DNA from: Hemiscyllium ocellatum
Taxonomy: Eukaryota
Length of the DNA: 64,000 bases
Assembly: GCF_020745735.1 (NCBI RefSeq)
Contig: NC_083405.1
Span: 63,702,345 to 63,766,344, forward strand
Direction: 5' to 3'
The position numbers and the translations under genes are program-made. Positions 12,685 through 26,330 of the stretch are shown in pieces. The notes under the pieces were generated by a model. That model ran no database searches and was not told the DNA's origin. It was given only the letters and a program-made list of their open reading frames with translations. Numbering within the stretch: position 1 is the stretch's first letter; every line of letters begins with the position of its first letter.

Positions 12685-12892
12685 CTGTCCAGTTTAATCC
12701 TTGCTAGCAGTGGTTCTAGCCAGCCCTGAGTGCATTCACAATGTGCATCCAAGAATGTGATCACTTGTCCTGTAGAAGCCGCTGCTCCTTTCAGTCTTGC
12801 TCGGATCAAACCAGAACGTTGTTCCATGCGTAAAATTTTAATAGGTACTTGCAATTTCTTCACATATTTCTCTAATGGCTTGTTTAAAAAAT
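12685..12892 (-). CDS. GALNT1: GalNAc-T internal coding exon (208 bp) containing the DxH metal-binding motif
   Basis: Reads ttttcag|AT TTT TTA AAC ... CTG GAC AG|gtaa. G+AT across the upstream intron gives Asp in frame. It encodes [70 protein letters not shown] (DAH = DxH). Confidence 0.95.
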
Positions 12893-13436
12893 CTGAAAAA
12901 TAATGCAATTATGTTCAGCTGAAAATGTTCAAAATTACCTTTGAAAATAATTTTAAAACTAACAATTCTGCAGCAGTGCACAAATAAAGCAATACGTTTT
13001 GACAAGATTCGATGAAATGGTTAAATAACGTTTAACGGACATTTGAATACTTTCAAATATCAAAGTTGAGTTTCTACAAAGAATTCATGAATAGAATTCC
13101 AAAGAAGAATTTAAAATTGTTGATTCAGAAAGGAGTCCTTTATTGCAACGCAATGCTGAACTGGCCACTGGATCCTCTATACAGCTTTCAAACTGGTGCA
13201 TCAAAACCTTTACACTAGAACTGATTTGCAGTGAGTGTGCTCAATTCATATTGGCTGTAACATGCCAGCTGTAAACTGACCACAAACATCATTTGCTATC
13301 AAACTCTCATTGCCATGTAAAAACTGCCTCAATACAGTTTACAAAATGCACTGAAAACTGATATCTACCAAGAATAAACACTTTTCTATATTGATTGATA
13401 CTGAGCCACTGAACCAAACAGGTATGTTTACTTGAT

Positions 13437-13585
13437 TAAATCAAGAACTGCAGATGCTGGAAATCTGAAAAACAGTAATTGCTGGAAAGAAAGCAGAATC
13501 AACATTCTGAAGGGTCACTGCACTACCAGAGCTGTTGAGTTTCTCCAGCAATTTGTTTCTGTTTCATATTTCCAGCATCCAACAC
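13437..13585. mobile_element. Inverted pair of degenerate PLE pLTR remnants
   Basis: gaactgcagatgctggaaatctgaaa ... tttcatatttccagcatc, with self-complementary arms. Confidence 0.6.
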
Positions 13586-14504
13586 TTAATTTCAATTTGC
13601 TGTTTACCATGAATCCATTTAAATTAACTTTGACTTCAAACTTTTAAATTGCAAGCCAGTTATAAAGCTTAGTTTTAGCAGAAATTGCCTGGTGGTCATA
13701 GTTATCCACTGAAATTGGTTGCATGATTGGTGTTAACTACCATGGCAAGAAATTTCTCATGGAGAGAGTGAGACTCAGTGTGAAAAAGAAAGATTTCTAA
13801 ATTAGGAACTTGGTGCAGGTGGGAACTCATTCCAGAGATGGAAAATGGTGCTGCTTCTTCTACACTGAGATGTTCCAACTGTAGCATACTACTGCTGTGG
13901 GAGCCACTGACTACAGTTACAATAAGTATCTGCAACTCGAGGAACTTTGGCTCAGTGTTAGTTATTGACTGAGCAAAAAGGGAGGCATACATAGGGTTTA
14001 GGAAACTGAAGACAGAAAGAGCCAAAGAATACAAAGATAGCGAGAAAGAACTCAAATAAGGAATAAGGAGGGCTAAAAGGGGCCATGGTATGTCTTGGCA
14101 AACAGGATTAAGGAAAAGCCTAAAGGTATTTTACACATGAAAGGAGCAAGAGGGTAGCTAGGGAAAGACAAGAGGGAATTTATGCATGGAACTGGAGGAA
14201 GTGGGCAAGGTTCTTAGTGTATAATTTGCATTGGTATTCACAAGAAAAGGTAGATGCTAAGTCTCAGGAGGGGTAAGTTGTATTCTAAGTCTGTCAATAT
14301 GAAAAGGCTGTGGTGTTTAGAGTTTTGAAAAGCATCAAGGCAGAAAGGTCCCCAGGATCTGATGAGACCTATCCCACAATGCTGAGGGAGGCAGGTGAGG
14401 AAATTACTGGGGCCTTGTACAAAATCTTTGTATGCTCTTTAGTCACAGGAGAAGGGAGAATAGGCAATGTTGTTCTTTTTGTTTAAGAAGGGTAACACAT
14501 TCCA

Positions 14505-14686
14505 AGAATTGGCCATGCTAAATTGTCTATAGTGTTCAGGGATGTGTAGGTTAGGTACATTAGTCTGAGGTAAATGGAGAGTAATCGTCAACTGGGTCTG
14601 GGTGGGTTACTCTTCAGAGAGTCGGTTTGGACTTGTTGGTCCGAAGGGCTAGTTATCACACTGCAGGGATTGTATGATTCTATGAA
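14505..14686 (+). mobile_element. 3' part of HE1/V-SINE
   Basis: gaattggccatgctaaattg ... ggacttgttggtccgaagggc, matching the 3' half of the SINE at 31353. Confidence 0.7.
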
Positions 14687-15690
14687 ATTGCAGGCCATTG
14701 AGCCTCACGTCAGTGGTAAAGAAATTATTGGAAAGTATTCTTTGAGATATCTCACATTTGGAAAAATATTGGTTCATTAGTGATAGGCCGCATGGCTTTG
14801 TGCGGGGAAGGTCGTGTCTCGCAATCTTGATTGAGTTTTTTTGAGGAAGGGACGAAAATGATTGATGAGGGCAGGGTAGTGGATTTGTCTACACTGATGT
14901 TAGTAAGGCCTTTGACAAAATCTCTCATGGCAGGCTGACACGAAAAGGTGAAGTCACAAAGGATCTGCAGTGTGCTGGTAAGATGGACACAGAAGACAGA
15001 TAACATCGGCAGGCTGTTTTCTGTTTGGACGTCTATGATCAGTAGTGTTCCACACTGATCAGTGAGAGGATCCTCGTTGTTTGTAATATATACATAAATG
15101 GTTTGGAGGAGAACTTTGGTGGTTTGATTAGTAAATTACCAGATGACAAGGATTGGGGGTGCTGTAGACAGGGAGGAGGATTGCCAGAGGATACAGTAGG
15201 ATATAGATAGTCTGAAGTCTTCAATGGAGAAATGGCAGATGGAGTTTAATAGAGATAAATATGAGGAGATGCATTTTGGGAGATCTAATTCAAGGAAAGT
15301 ATACTGCAAATAGCAGACCTCTTAGTAGCATCAACACACAGAGGGATCTAGGTGTCCAAGTTCACAGTTCCCTGAAAGTGTCAACACGTGGATAGGGTAC
15401 TCAAGAGGCATATGGCATGCCTGCCCTCATTGGTTGGGGCAAAGAATATTAAATTGACAAGTTATGTTGCAGCTATATAGCACATTAGTTAGGCTACATT
15501 TGGAATATTATGTACAATTTTAGTCACCACACTACTAGAAGAATGTAGACGCTACTGGAGATGAACAGAAATAGATTGCCAGGATGTTGCTTGGTTTGGA
15601 GGATATTAGCCATGAGGAGAGATGCCAAACTTGATTTGTTTTCACTTGAACATTGCAGGATGAGGGTCGACCTGATAGAAGTTTATAAAA

Positions 15691-15900
15691 TTCTCCCCGT
15701 GTCTGCGTGGGTTTCCTCCGGGTGCTCCGGTTTCCTCCCACAGTCCAAAGATGTGCGGGTCAGGTGAATTGGCCATGCTAAATTGCCCGTAGTGTTAGGT
15801 AAGGGGTAAATGTAGGGGTATGGGTGGGTTTCGCTTCGGCGGGTCGGTGTGGACTTGTTGGGCTGAAGGGCCTGTTTCCACACTGTAAGTCTAATCTAAA
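15691..15900 (+). mobile_element. 5'-truncated HE1/V-SINE (young)
   Basis: V-domain tctccccgtgtctgcgtgggtttcctccgggtgctccggtttcctcccacagtccaaagatgtgc with CpGs retained. It ends in tctaatcta plus an A-run, with AAAATT on both sides inside the CR1. Confidence 0.85.
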
Positions 15901-17068
15901 AAAAAATTATGAGGCACAGGTAGAATGGATAGTTGGAGTCTTTTTCTCAGGGTAGAAATGTCAATTACAAAGGACACAGATTAAATTAAAAGTGGAAGTG
16001 AGAGGCAAGTTTTTTTAAAGCAAGAGTGGGAAGTGCCTGCAATTCGCTGCCAGAGGTGGTGGTAGAGGTAGCTGATTCAATAGCAACTTTAAGAGGCATC
16101 TTGACAGATATGAATAGGCAGAGAATACAGGGATACAGACATCACAGAAGCAAGGATTTTTAAGTTTAGAAAGTCACCAAGCGTTAGCGCAATCTTGGTG
16201 GACTAGAGGGCCTGTTCCTGTACTGCACTGAACTTAGTTCAGTTCAATGCAACAGTAATGGGAAAGTTACCTGGATACTTTGTTCCAGGTGACAGTCACA
16301 TTCCTTGTATTAGGTACATCTTAGTTGTACTATGGTCAGCGACACAGAACACAAAAATTAGAAACCACAGGCCAAGCCTTGCTCTGTCATTCGAAAAGAT
16401 CATGGCTGATGTGATTGTAGTCTCAATTTCACTTTCCTGTCTATTGCTGATGATTTTTGTACTATTCCTTTGTTGATCTAAAAGGTAGCTCAGCCTTGAA
16501 CATATTTAATGGAAACACCACAAACTAATGAACCTCAGGCAAAACAAAAATCTCCTAATCGGAGTCTTAAATGGGCGATCCCCTGGTTCTCTCCCTCAAA
16601 GAAAAAAGATCCTGTCAACACCATGGGCTCTTATTAAGCAGCTGAATAAGTTACCTAATCAAACACCTTCTTAAAATCCAAATATATTCTTATCTGTCCT
16701 ACGTGTTACCATCTCAAAGAATTCCAATAAATTTGTCAGGCATAATTTCCCCTTCAAGAAGCTCCACAGACTCTGCTTGACCATATTGCATATTGCTAAA
16801 TGGTTTTTCGTAATAGACTGTAACATTTTCCTAATGAGAAAGTTAAGCTAACTGTCCAAGAGGCTACTTATATATATAAAAGGTATTACATCATCAGTTT
16901 TCCAATCTTCTGGGACTTAAAGAATGTAAGGATTCCTATAAGTTTACTACCAGTACATCCACTATCTCTGCAGCTACTCCCTTTAATATCCTAGGATTCA
17001 CGTACAGGGGGCTCATCAGTCATAATCTCAATTTCGCTATCATGTTTTCTTTCGCAATCATTATTGTT

Positions 17069-18602
17069 ATAGAGTCATAGAGATGTACCCGTCAGTCCAA
17101 CCTGTCCAAACCCTTCCTATTCATTACCTATCCAAATGCCTCTTAAATGTTGCAATTGTACCAGCCTCCACCACATCCTCTGGCAGCTCATTCCATACAC
17201 ATACCACCCTCTAAGTGAAAAAGTTGCCCCTTAGGTCTCTTTTATATCTTTCCCCTCTCACCTAAACCTATGCCCTCTAGTTCTGGACTCCCTGACCCCA
17301 GGGAAAAGACTTTGTCTATTTATCCTATCCATGCCCCTCATAATTTTATAAACCTCTATAAGGCCACCCCTCAGCCTCCGACGCTCCCGGGAAAACAGCC
17401 CCAGCCTGTTCAGCCTCTCCCTGTAGCTCAGATCCTCCAACCCTGACAGCATCCTTGTAAATCTTTTCTGAATCTTTTCAAGTTACACAACATCTTTCCG
17501 ATGGGAAGGAGACTAGAACTGCACGTAATATTCCAATAGTGGCCTAACCAATGTCCTGTATAGCCGCAACATAACCTCCCAACTCCTATACTCAATACAC
17601 TGACCAATAAAGGAAAGCATACCAAATGCCTTCTTCACTTTCCTATCTACCTGCGACTCCACTTTGAAGAAGCTATGAACCTGCACTCCAAGGTCACTTT
17701 GTTCAGCAACACTTCGTATGATCCTACCATTAAGCATATAAGTCCTGCTAAGATTTGCTTTCCCAAAATGCAGCACCTCGCATTAATCTGAATTAAACTC
17801 CATTGCCACTTCTCAGTCCATTGGCCCATCTGGTCCAGATCCTGTTGTAATCTGAGGTAAGCCTTTTCGCTGTTCACTACACCTCCAATTTTGGTGTCAT
17901 CTGCAAACTTACTAACTGTACCTCTTATGCTCGCATCCAAATCATTTCTGTAAATGACAAAAAGTAGATCTAACCTTGCTAATCAGTCTCCCATGGGGAA
18001 CCTTGTCAAACGCCTTACTGAAGTCCATATAGATCACATCTACTGCTCTGCCCTCATCAATCTTCTTTGTTACTTCTTCAAAAAACTCAATCAAGTTTGT
18101 GAGACGTGATTTCCCACGCACAAAGCCATGTTGACTGTTCCGAATCAGTCCTTGCCTTTCCAAATACACACACATCCTGTCCCTCAGGATTCCCTCCAAC
18201 AAATTGCCCACTACCAAGGTCAGACTCACTGGTCTATAGTTCTCTGGCTTGTCCTTACCTCCATTCTTAAACAGTGGCACCATGTTTGTCAACCTCCAGT
18301 CTTCCTGCACCTCTCTGTGACAATCGATGATACAAATATCTCAGCAAGATGCCCAGCAATCACTTCTCTAGCTTCCCACAGAGTTCTCAGGTACACCTGA
18401 TCAGGTCGTGGGGATTTATCTACCTTTAACCGTTTCAAGACTTCCAGCACTTCCTCTTCTGTAATATGGACATTTTGCAGGATGTCACCATCTATTTCCC
18501 TATAGTCTATATCTTCCATATCCTTTTCCACAGTAAATACTGATAGAAAATATTCATTTAGTATCTCCACCATTTTCTGTCTCCACACAAAGGCCGCCTT
18601 GC
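17069..18602 (-). mobile_element. Young 5'-truncated CR1 (RT and 3' tail) nested in an older minus-strand CR1 (about 16340-19290)
   Basis: ORFs with YRPVSLT, QHGFVRGKSRLTNLIEFFEEVT, DVIYMDFSKAFDKVPH and SKFADDTK; tail tagagtcatagagatg. Confidence 0.92.
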
Positions 18603-20321
18603 AAGTTCACCCTCAAAGCTAATTTCCTCCCATTTTTGGTAATCCTTCACTTTTTGAGCCCCAAGAAAAAAATTCCCAAACCTCTAATCATTGCCACATT
18701 TGTTTTCTTTCAATCTGATGATACCCTCAACTTCCCTGCTTAACTATGGTTAGCTTATGTCTTTCTTAGAATCCTTTTTTGTCCCTGGGAACAGGTCATT
18801 GCTGTGAGCCATGAACTAATTTATTCAACTTATGTAATTTTTATATATCTCCTTTGCTGCTAGAACTCTTTTCCCAGTCCACTCCAGACAGTTCTGCCTT
18901 CATTCCTTTGTAAGTAACCTTATTTCGACTTAACATAATTGCTTCTGATCCAATTTCCTCCTTCTCAAAATGAAAGCTAAATTCTACCACTGTGTGGTCA
19001 CTGTGACCGAGGGGAACCTTTACTCAGATAGTACTGATTAAACCTATCAATTTCAAAACAGCCTGATCCCTGGTTGAATCCACAACATGTTGTTCAAGGA
19101 AACTGTCAAATACACACTATGAATTCTTCATATTTGTTTTCTCTGATAATCTGATTATCTCAATCTGCATGAAGATTAAAGTCAGCCCCGATTAATGCAC
19201 TGCCTTTGTTACATATCCTCAACCTCCTGATTTACTCTCTGTCCCCACAGTGTAACTACTGTTAGGAGGCCTATACACCACATCTACTCATGGCTAAGTG
19301 CTAATGTTCAGAGACTTGGCCATATTTGTAGAAAAAGTGCAAAAGGTTAATATGAAAACAATCAAGAATGCAAATGACATATTGACTTTTATTACTATAC
19401 TACAATCCCCTTCCAATAATAAAGTTTTGCAACAACATTTCAGCATTTTGATCAAAATGCATTTGGAATACTGAGTGCAATTTAGACTGCAATTTAAAAC
19501 AAAATACTTTTATTGCGTTCAATATAGCAAAGGTTCTCTAAATTGGCGCCTGGGAACGACAAAGCAAAATTAAATAGATGGAGTTGTTTCCTTTTGAACA
19601 GAGGAAGCCGAGGGGAGATTTATTTGAAGTATATACAATAATGAGAGATCAAAATGGAGTAGATAGGAAAGACCTGTTGTCCTTAGCAGAGATATGAATA
19701 ACCAGGAGGCATAGATTTAAATAAATTGGTAGAAGTACTGACAGCATTGAAGAGATTGTTTTTCATTAAGAATGTTATAATACTCACTGCCTAAATGGGT
19801 GAAGGGAGATATGATCGTTTGATTTAAAATGTACTTGCATATGCACTTGAAGGGTATAAATTACAAAGTAAAAAAACAAGATCTGGAAAGAGGGATCGGG
19901 CTGGAAAGCTTTTCTTCAGACAGGAGATTGGTTGACTGCTTTTCTTCTGTGCTATAAATTTCTATGTTGCTACATTAGCAAATATACTATAGCCAGGGTA
20001 ATGTACATTAACTTTAAAGTCTTAATGGCAGAGATAAAGGTCAGTGGTCCCATTAAGTTCATGTCTTATGGAAATCCATTTCCTGATAGCCAGTAGCAAC
20101 AACAGGGCACAACAGATTAAAATTCTAAACATCCATCATTCAAACACCTGGAGCTTTCTGAAATGTTTTGTTTTTGTCTACACAATAACACAATTCTCCC
20201 CTCACAACCACAATGTAATTAACTAGGAAGAATAAGCAAATAATCATGCACCACTGTTTCACAAGTCATCCCAAAATGTAAAAGGATTCTTTTAGACCTC
20301 TAAAATAACCAATGTATCTGA

Positions 20322-20488
20322 TTGAATTGCAACATTTAAGAGGCAATTGGATGGGTATATGAACAGGAAAGGTTTGGAGGGATATGGACCGGGTGCTGGC
20401 AGGTGGGACTAGAGTGGGTTGGGATTTCTGGTCAGCATAGACGGGTTGGACCGAAGGGTCTGTTTCCAGGCTGTACATCTCTATGACT
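20322..20488 (+). mobile_element. CR1/HER1 3' tail fragment
   Basis: attgcaacatttaagaggc ... gttggaccgaagggtctgtttcc ... tctctatgact. Confidence 0.8.
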
Positions 20489-20924
20489 GCTTTTCAGGAC
20501 AAAAAAGTAATTCACACCAGGTTTAAGTAGGAACAGAAAACTATTGTAAAACATTTATTGTTAATCGAAGATAGAGGGAGAAAAAAGGATTTATACTTTA
20601 CTACTGTAATTTAAAATCAAACTCCTTCAAAAATCTCAGAGTAGCTACTCATTCATTCATGATTAAAATAGATGGTTTGACACCTATTATGGATCGAAAA
20701 TGAACAGACAGGGCAAATAAAATACCACATATCATAACTCTAGATCTCAAGGTTGGTTTAAATAGTCTTTTCTGATTTTTAGCATGATGACATACTGTTT
20801 TCTGAAGGCTGACAGTCATCCTTTGATTCAAAATTTGATTAAATGGCCCTACATCCTTTTTCTTTAAAGCATTCTTGGTTCTGCCTTTCTTTCACATATA
20901 GCTTGACAGAACGCACTGAGAGAG

Positions 20925-22110
20925 AACATTAGAACTAAGAGCAGAAATCTGTAATTCAGCCCCTCGAGCTTGCTTCGCTATTTAATGTAATCATGGCTGA
21001 TGACATCTCAACCTCACTCCTGCCTGCTCTTCATAACTCTTTAACCCATTACTGATTGAAAATCCACCTGTCTCCATAAATTTACTTAATGTCCCAGCAT
21101 TCACAGCATGGTGGAGGAGTGAATTCCACAGATTCACAACCCTTTGAGAGCAGTAACTTCTCTTTATCTCTGGATTTAAATCTATTATCCCTTATCCTAG
21201 AACTATTACCTCTCATTCTAGATTGTCCCACAAAATAAAGTATCCTTTCTACATTTACTATGTCAACCCCTTTGGCACTTTAAATTCCTCAATTACAGCT
21301 CCTCTCATTCTTCTAAATTCCTGACAGTATTGGTCCAAACTGCTCAGTCTCTTCATAAAACCAATGGAAACTTTACCACCTCCAGGGAATTTTGGAATAT
21401 TATAACCAGTGGATCCACTACCTCTGCTGCAACTTCAAGAACCTATGATGTAGGCCATCAGGCCCTGGAGACTTGTCTGCCTTCAATCCCCATCTTCTAA
21501 ATCTTCGGATTACTTTTTATTACTGAGATGGTACCCAGGTACTCAATCATGAAATTGGATGCAAAATGTTGATTTAGTCTCTCTGCTATTTCTATGTTTC
21601 TCACTAATACTTCCCTAGTCCCATCTTCCAATGGATTCACTTTAGCTACTTTCTTCCCTTTTATATTCATAAAGGCTTTTGCCATCTATTTTCATATTTT
21701 GCACTAGTTTTCTTTCATCATTTACCTTTTTCCTTTGGTAACCCTTTGTGGTATTTAAAAGTAATCCAATCTTCCAGCCTGCCACTTGCCTTTGCAATAT
21801 AATGTGCCTTACTTTATGTCTTTATATTACCTTCAACTTCCTTGCTTAGCCATGGTTGTTTATTTTCCCCCTTACAATCTTTTTCCCTGTGGAATATATT
21901 TCAGTTTTAGTTTACTTGCCCTCCAACTGAATTTGAAATTCTACTTTGCTATGAACACTGTTCCCCAGAGGATTCTTTACTATAAGAAATTAACTAAATC
22001 CACCTCACTCCACATTACCCGATCTAGAACAGCTTGCTCTCTGGTTGGTTCCACAACATTTTGCTAAGAAACACAATCTCTAATGCAGTCTATGAACTCT
22101 CCCTCAACAG
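20925..22110 (-). mobile_element. Old, internally deleted CR1
   Basis: gaacattagaactaagagcagaa tail; degenerate ORF2 pieces (IAERLNQHFASNF). Confidence 0.65.
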
Positions 22111-24189
22111 CTCAATACAATGTGTCAGAGAATGTAGTCATCTCTGCTTTAATGCACGTTTCATCAACGCAAATTGGCTAGACTGCTATTGAAGAATTTA
22201 GACTATTTATAGAATGCGAATTTTCCTTCCCTGTACTAGCTATAATGCTATTCCTGTCCCATTGGTTTAAAACAGTGTTATTAGGCGATTTTCTTAGAAC
22301 GCTCTATTGCAGAAGAACAGAATTATCACATTATATCAGAATAGACCATAAGGAGCTTTTAACATTCTGCAGTTCAACTAGAAGGTTGTTGTCAGGCAGA
22401 ATTTCCTTAACTCAAAAGGCTCACTGCTTCAAAAAGCAATAACTGTCCTCAAAAGTTGCACTTCAACATATCTTACAAATATACAGGACTTGGTTTTCAT
22501 GTTGCAAAACTCTCCTGGTATATCAGTTATATGTCATTACAAATTCCATTTCAATTTATAGTCCCAAAATAGAAAAAAAAAAGTCATCTCTTGCAACATG
22601 CTCTGAGAGCTATGTCACGTTAGAAGAAATTACAGGAGAACACAATTAGCTCATCCTGTGAGATGACAATAGACAATAACATTCTATGAATCCAACTTCA
22701 AATTAGTTGGATTTAACTCTGTAATTTGTTTTTGGAATAGAAGGTTTAAATTTCTTATTGGAACAATGTGGTAACTATCTAAATAGTTACAAAGAAATTA
22801 TGTGCAATTCAGAAGAAACCTATCTACACAGCAATGAGATCGTAATGTGGAACCTGTAATCAGAAGTTGAGGAAATAATAGAAATATTTCAAGGGAAACT
22901 AGAAAGCATTTAAGGGAAAACAGAATAGAAGTTTCTACTCAGATAGCTGGATGAGGAAGCACAGGAAGAGGTTTCAGTAGATCATAATAGCTGGCAATAG
23001 TCGGAGGGCAAATTACATTTGTCTGTATAGTTTCCAATCTGAATACCTGAAAGAGACATGTTAACAACATCTGGTAAAATTGGACAATTGCCACATGAAA
23101 GGAAAGAGCCACAAGATTATTACGTACTTCCTGATGGCATTCATTTTTAATTAGATTTTAAACCAGATTCTTTCCCAATATTATAAAGCCTGAGAGAAAG
23201 TCCTCCTTAATTATCTGCCCACCAAAATGGATCTGATGCTGAGTTAAAAGATTAAGTCTCAGTGACATTTTAAAACATGCAATAGCTTATTACAAATAGC
23301 ATGCAATCCAGTGTTCATATGGTTAAAGACATTAATAATGATAAAATGCTGCCTATGAAATACATGCAGTAGCCAACTATGTGGAATACAATCCTAGCTA
23401 CAAGTAATCTTGACCATGTTTTCTGTCATTACAAATTAATCATAGCCATCTCTGTGAAACAGAAATAATCACAGGTGACCTTTAAAGTGTCACCTGCTGG
23501 CCATAATTCACAAAGAACAAAGCACATAGGCTGCACAAGAGTGGAGCCAATTTCCTTTCATCTTGAATTCTAAGTATTTAGCAACATGCTCATGGTTATA
23601 ATGTTCTCTTTCTTCAGTGACTTTAGGGAAGTGGGGGAAGGGAATAATATTTCATTAATCTTACTCAGCTTCCAATTTCCTACTGCATTTGCGTGACATA
23701 GCTAGTGCTGCAAGCATTGATATTGTGGTCCTTATTCCAAAGTGATACGTCCAGGCACTTCATGGGCCTCCTTCTCAGAGTCCTCCATTTCACACTGTAT
23801 TCAGGCCTGTACTAAACTGTCATTCATGTGTGATGCAAATGCAGACTGTTCATGTTACTAACAGACCTTTTCTACTTCTGACAGTTCCCACATAACTTAA
23901 TTAGAATTGTTACAAATAGATCCAGTCACTGTGGCCACAAGGCCAAGGCACAGAGAAGTCAAGGAACCAATGTGCCACTACGCCCTGACCCAGCAGTAAC
24001 CTCCAACAGCTGCCAAACAGCTTCTAGATGAAAAAAATCAGAGCATAAGATTCCCTCAGGATGTGGAGATGGTACAGGAGGCTCAATGCCGATCATTCTC
24101 AATGCCATTTGCTCCATTCTCTTTGCCACTGCAGACTGTGGATGCCCCAGGATAACATTACAGAACTTTTCTGAGCTGGAGCAGGACTT

Positions 24190-24800
24190 ATAATTTGAGA
24201 GTGAGTGTCAATAGTCACCCTGTACTACTAACCAAAGTGACAGCGGAGCTAAATTTTAACTGCATCTGGCTGCTTCCAAGGAACCCTGGGGAACTTGTGT
24301 GGAATCTCAATCGTCAACACAAAAGGTATCAAGGCTGCTTCCAAAGCAATTTGTGCCAAATAATGCCACTTCATCTCACTTCCCATGAAGTCAGTCCTGC
24401 AGCCTAGGCAATATGCTTTGTGAACTTAAGTGATTCACCCCAGGTGCAGGGTGCTGTAGACTGTACAAGTTGCATTGAAAGTGCCATATCATAAATGTGG
24501 TCAACTTCATTAGCAGAAGAGAGTTTTGTTCCACCATCTGTAATCATTCCACATCTTAGAAGTCTGTGCCAGTTACCCTAGCAACTGCCATGACATGCAT
24601 ACCCTTGAGAATTCTCAGATATATGTTTCATTTCCAGAACCAGATGGCTTACAAGGATGGTTAACTGGGAGACAAGGGATACTCTCTACATCCAAGACTG
24701 ACGATTTGGTTGCACAATTGAAACAAAGTGTGCTGCAAACCCTTGCATGCTGTGCTTGGTCAACTGCAGCAGGCAAAGAGGGAATATGTTGGACAGTGAA
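24190..24800 (+). pseudogene. Harbinger/PIF (HARBI1-like DDE nuclease) transposase fossil
   Basis: Frameshifted motifs in the expected order: KVTAELNF, ASGCFQGTLGNLCGIS, PQVQGAVDCT, ILEVCASYPSNCHD, LQGWL then GDKGYSL. Confidence 0.8.
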
Positions 24801-25581
24801 GAGCTGACACAGTGGTATATTCTTCAGAGGAAGACAACAGAGGTATTGAGCAGGAGAAACATCACCTTCAGCATGATACAGCAATATAGCATCAGAAGCA
24901 ACAAGTCAGACAGGATCTAATTAACTCACCCTTCTAACAGATTTGAATTGGGTACAGTGACCATTCATTAACCACAGAGTCATAGAACCATAGAAATGTA
25001 CAGCACAGAAACAGACCCTTCAGTCCAACCCATCTATGCTGACAGATATCCCAACTCAATCTAGTCTCACCTGCCAGAAACAGACCCATGTCCCTCCAAA
25101 CTCTTCAAAAGACTACCAGCATACTCATTCCCAGAAGTATATGCGGCTTTTCTTCATTATCTTTTATTAAAGACCAAGAAAATAATGTTTTCAACTGCTT
25201 ATAGGTTTTCTACCTGTGATGTTCGCATATGGAACAATATCAAGATATTATGCTGGGTGCTAGGGAAAGAGTTACACTCACTTCAACACAGTTCTAACAT
25301 GGCATTATATTAAGAACAGGCAGCACACGTAGCTTGGTTCTCTGCAGCTGCAGTTACTTTACAGTCATTAAGAAAAATGATAATGTAAAGAGACATAAAG
25401 GAATGTGAATGCGAGCTTTTCTTTCCAACGAAGCATGCCATCAAAATACCCTTAGAGCTGTCCTTTTTGATTCCCTTCCCATTGAGTGTGCTGTGAAGGG
25501 CTAGTCATCACCGGCAATGATTGACCTGGTGAAGAGCTAGGCTTTATGCAATTTCTGTCATCAGCTCCATATTTAAAGTCC

Positions 25582-25639
25582 GGGGAGAGGAAGAAGAAGG
25601 AAGAAGGAAGAAGGAAGGAGGAAGGAGGAAGGAGGAAGA
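25582..25639 (+). repeat. Purine-only (GAA/GGAA/GGA) simple repeat
   Basis: ggggagaggaagaagaaggaagaaggaagaaggaaggaggaaggaggaaggaggaaga. Confidence 0.9.
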
Positions 25640-25760
25640 CTTCACCTGCTGAGTGCAAAGCAGTGTCGTACAAAGAAGTGAGCAGCAGAGAATTGAATTT
25701 CGTGACTTACTACAATTCATGGACAGAAACCTTCCATAAAACTCGCATGGCTAATGTTTG
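25639..25760 (+). repeat. Copy 1 of a 122-bp locally duplicated unit
   Basis: Ungapped match to 26604-26725, about 16 mismatches by manual alignment. Confidence 0.9.
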
Positions 25761-25939
25761 GTAAATTTTGGCCCAATATTTTTAAAATGGAGAAAAAGAT
25801 ATACATTAAATATTAAAACAAAGTTACCTTAATTGTCAAGTAAGAGATACATTAATTAATTCAATTAAGATTGGATTCTTTGTGGACCAGTGTTCATATA
25901 TTTCAACTGAATATTTGGGGTTATCTCAATTGTTATGTG

Positions 25940-26330
25940 GGAAGTTACAATTTAAAAGAATGAGGGGAGGATCTCAGAAATATAAACTGTTGATGGGACT
26001 GGACAGACTTAGATGCAGAAAGAATGTTCCTGATATTAGGAAAGTCCAGAACTACGGGTCACAGTCTAAGAATAAGGGGGTAAGCCATTCAGGCCTGAGA
26101 CAAGTGAGAATTTCTTCACTCATATGAACTGTGGAATTCTCTCCCACAGGAAGCTGTTGAGGCCATTTCATGAGATAGATTCATGAGGGAGCGGGATGTG
26201 GCCCTTGCATCTAATGGAATCAAGGGATATGAAGAGAAAGCGAGAATGGGATACTGAGATTGCATGATCAGACATGATTGTATTGATTGGTCGTGCAGGC
26301 TCAAAAGGGCTGAATGGCCTACTCCTGCAC
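25940..26330 (+). mobile_element. CR1 3' end fragment between the duplicated units
   Basis: agaatgaggggaggatctcagaaa ... ctgtggaattctctcccacagg ... gaatggcctactcctgcac. Confidence 0.75.

Larger units (their letters stand above)
13980..16245 (+). mobile_element. Degenerate 5'-truncated CR1 ORF2 and tail with two HE1-type SINE insertions
   Basis: RT-like catggctttgtgcggggaaggtcgtgtctc and gtaaggcctttgacaaa; C-terminal gagggtcgacctgatagaagtttataaaa. Confidence 0.8.

Noticed and set aside
25546-25764. Lys/Glu/Arg-rich ORF running into the duplicated unit
   Set aside because: The charged part is a translated purine microsatellite, and the same frame in copy 2 has a stop (TAG).
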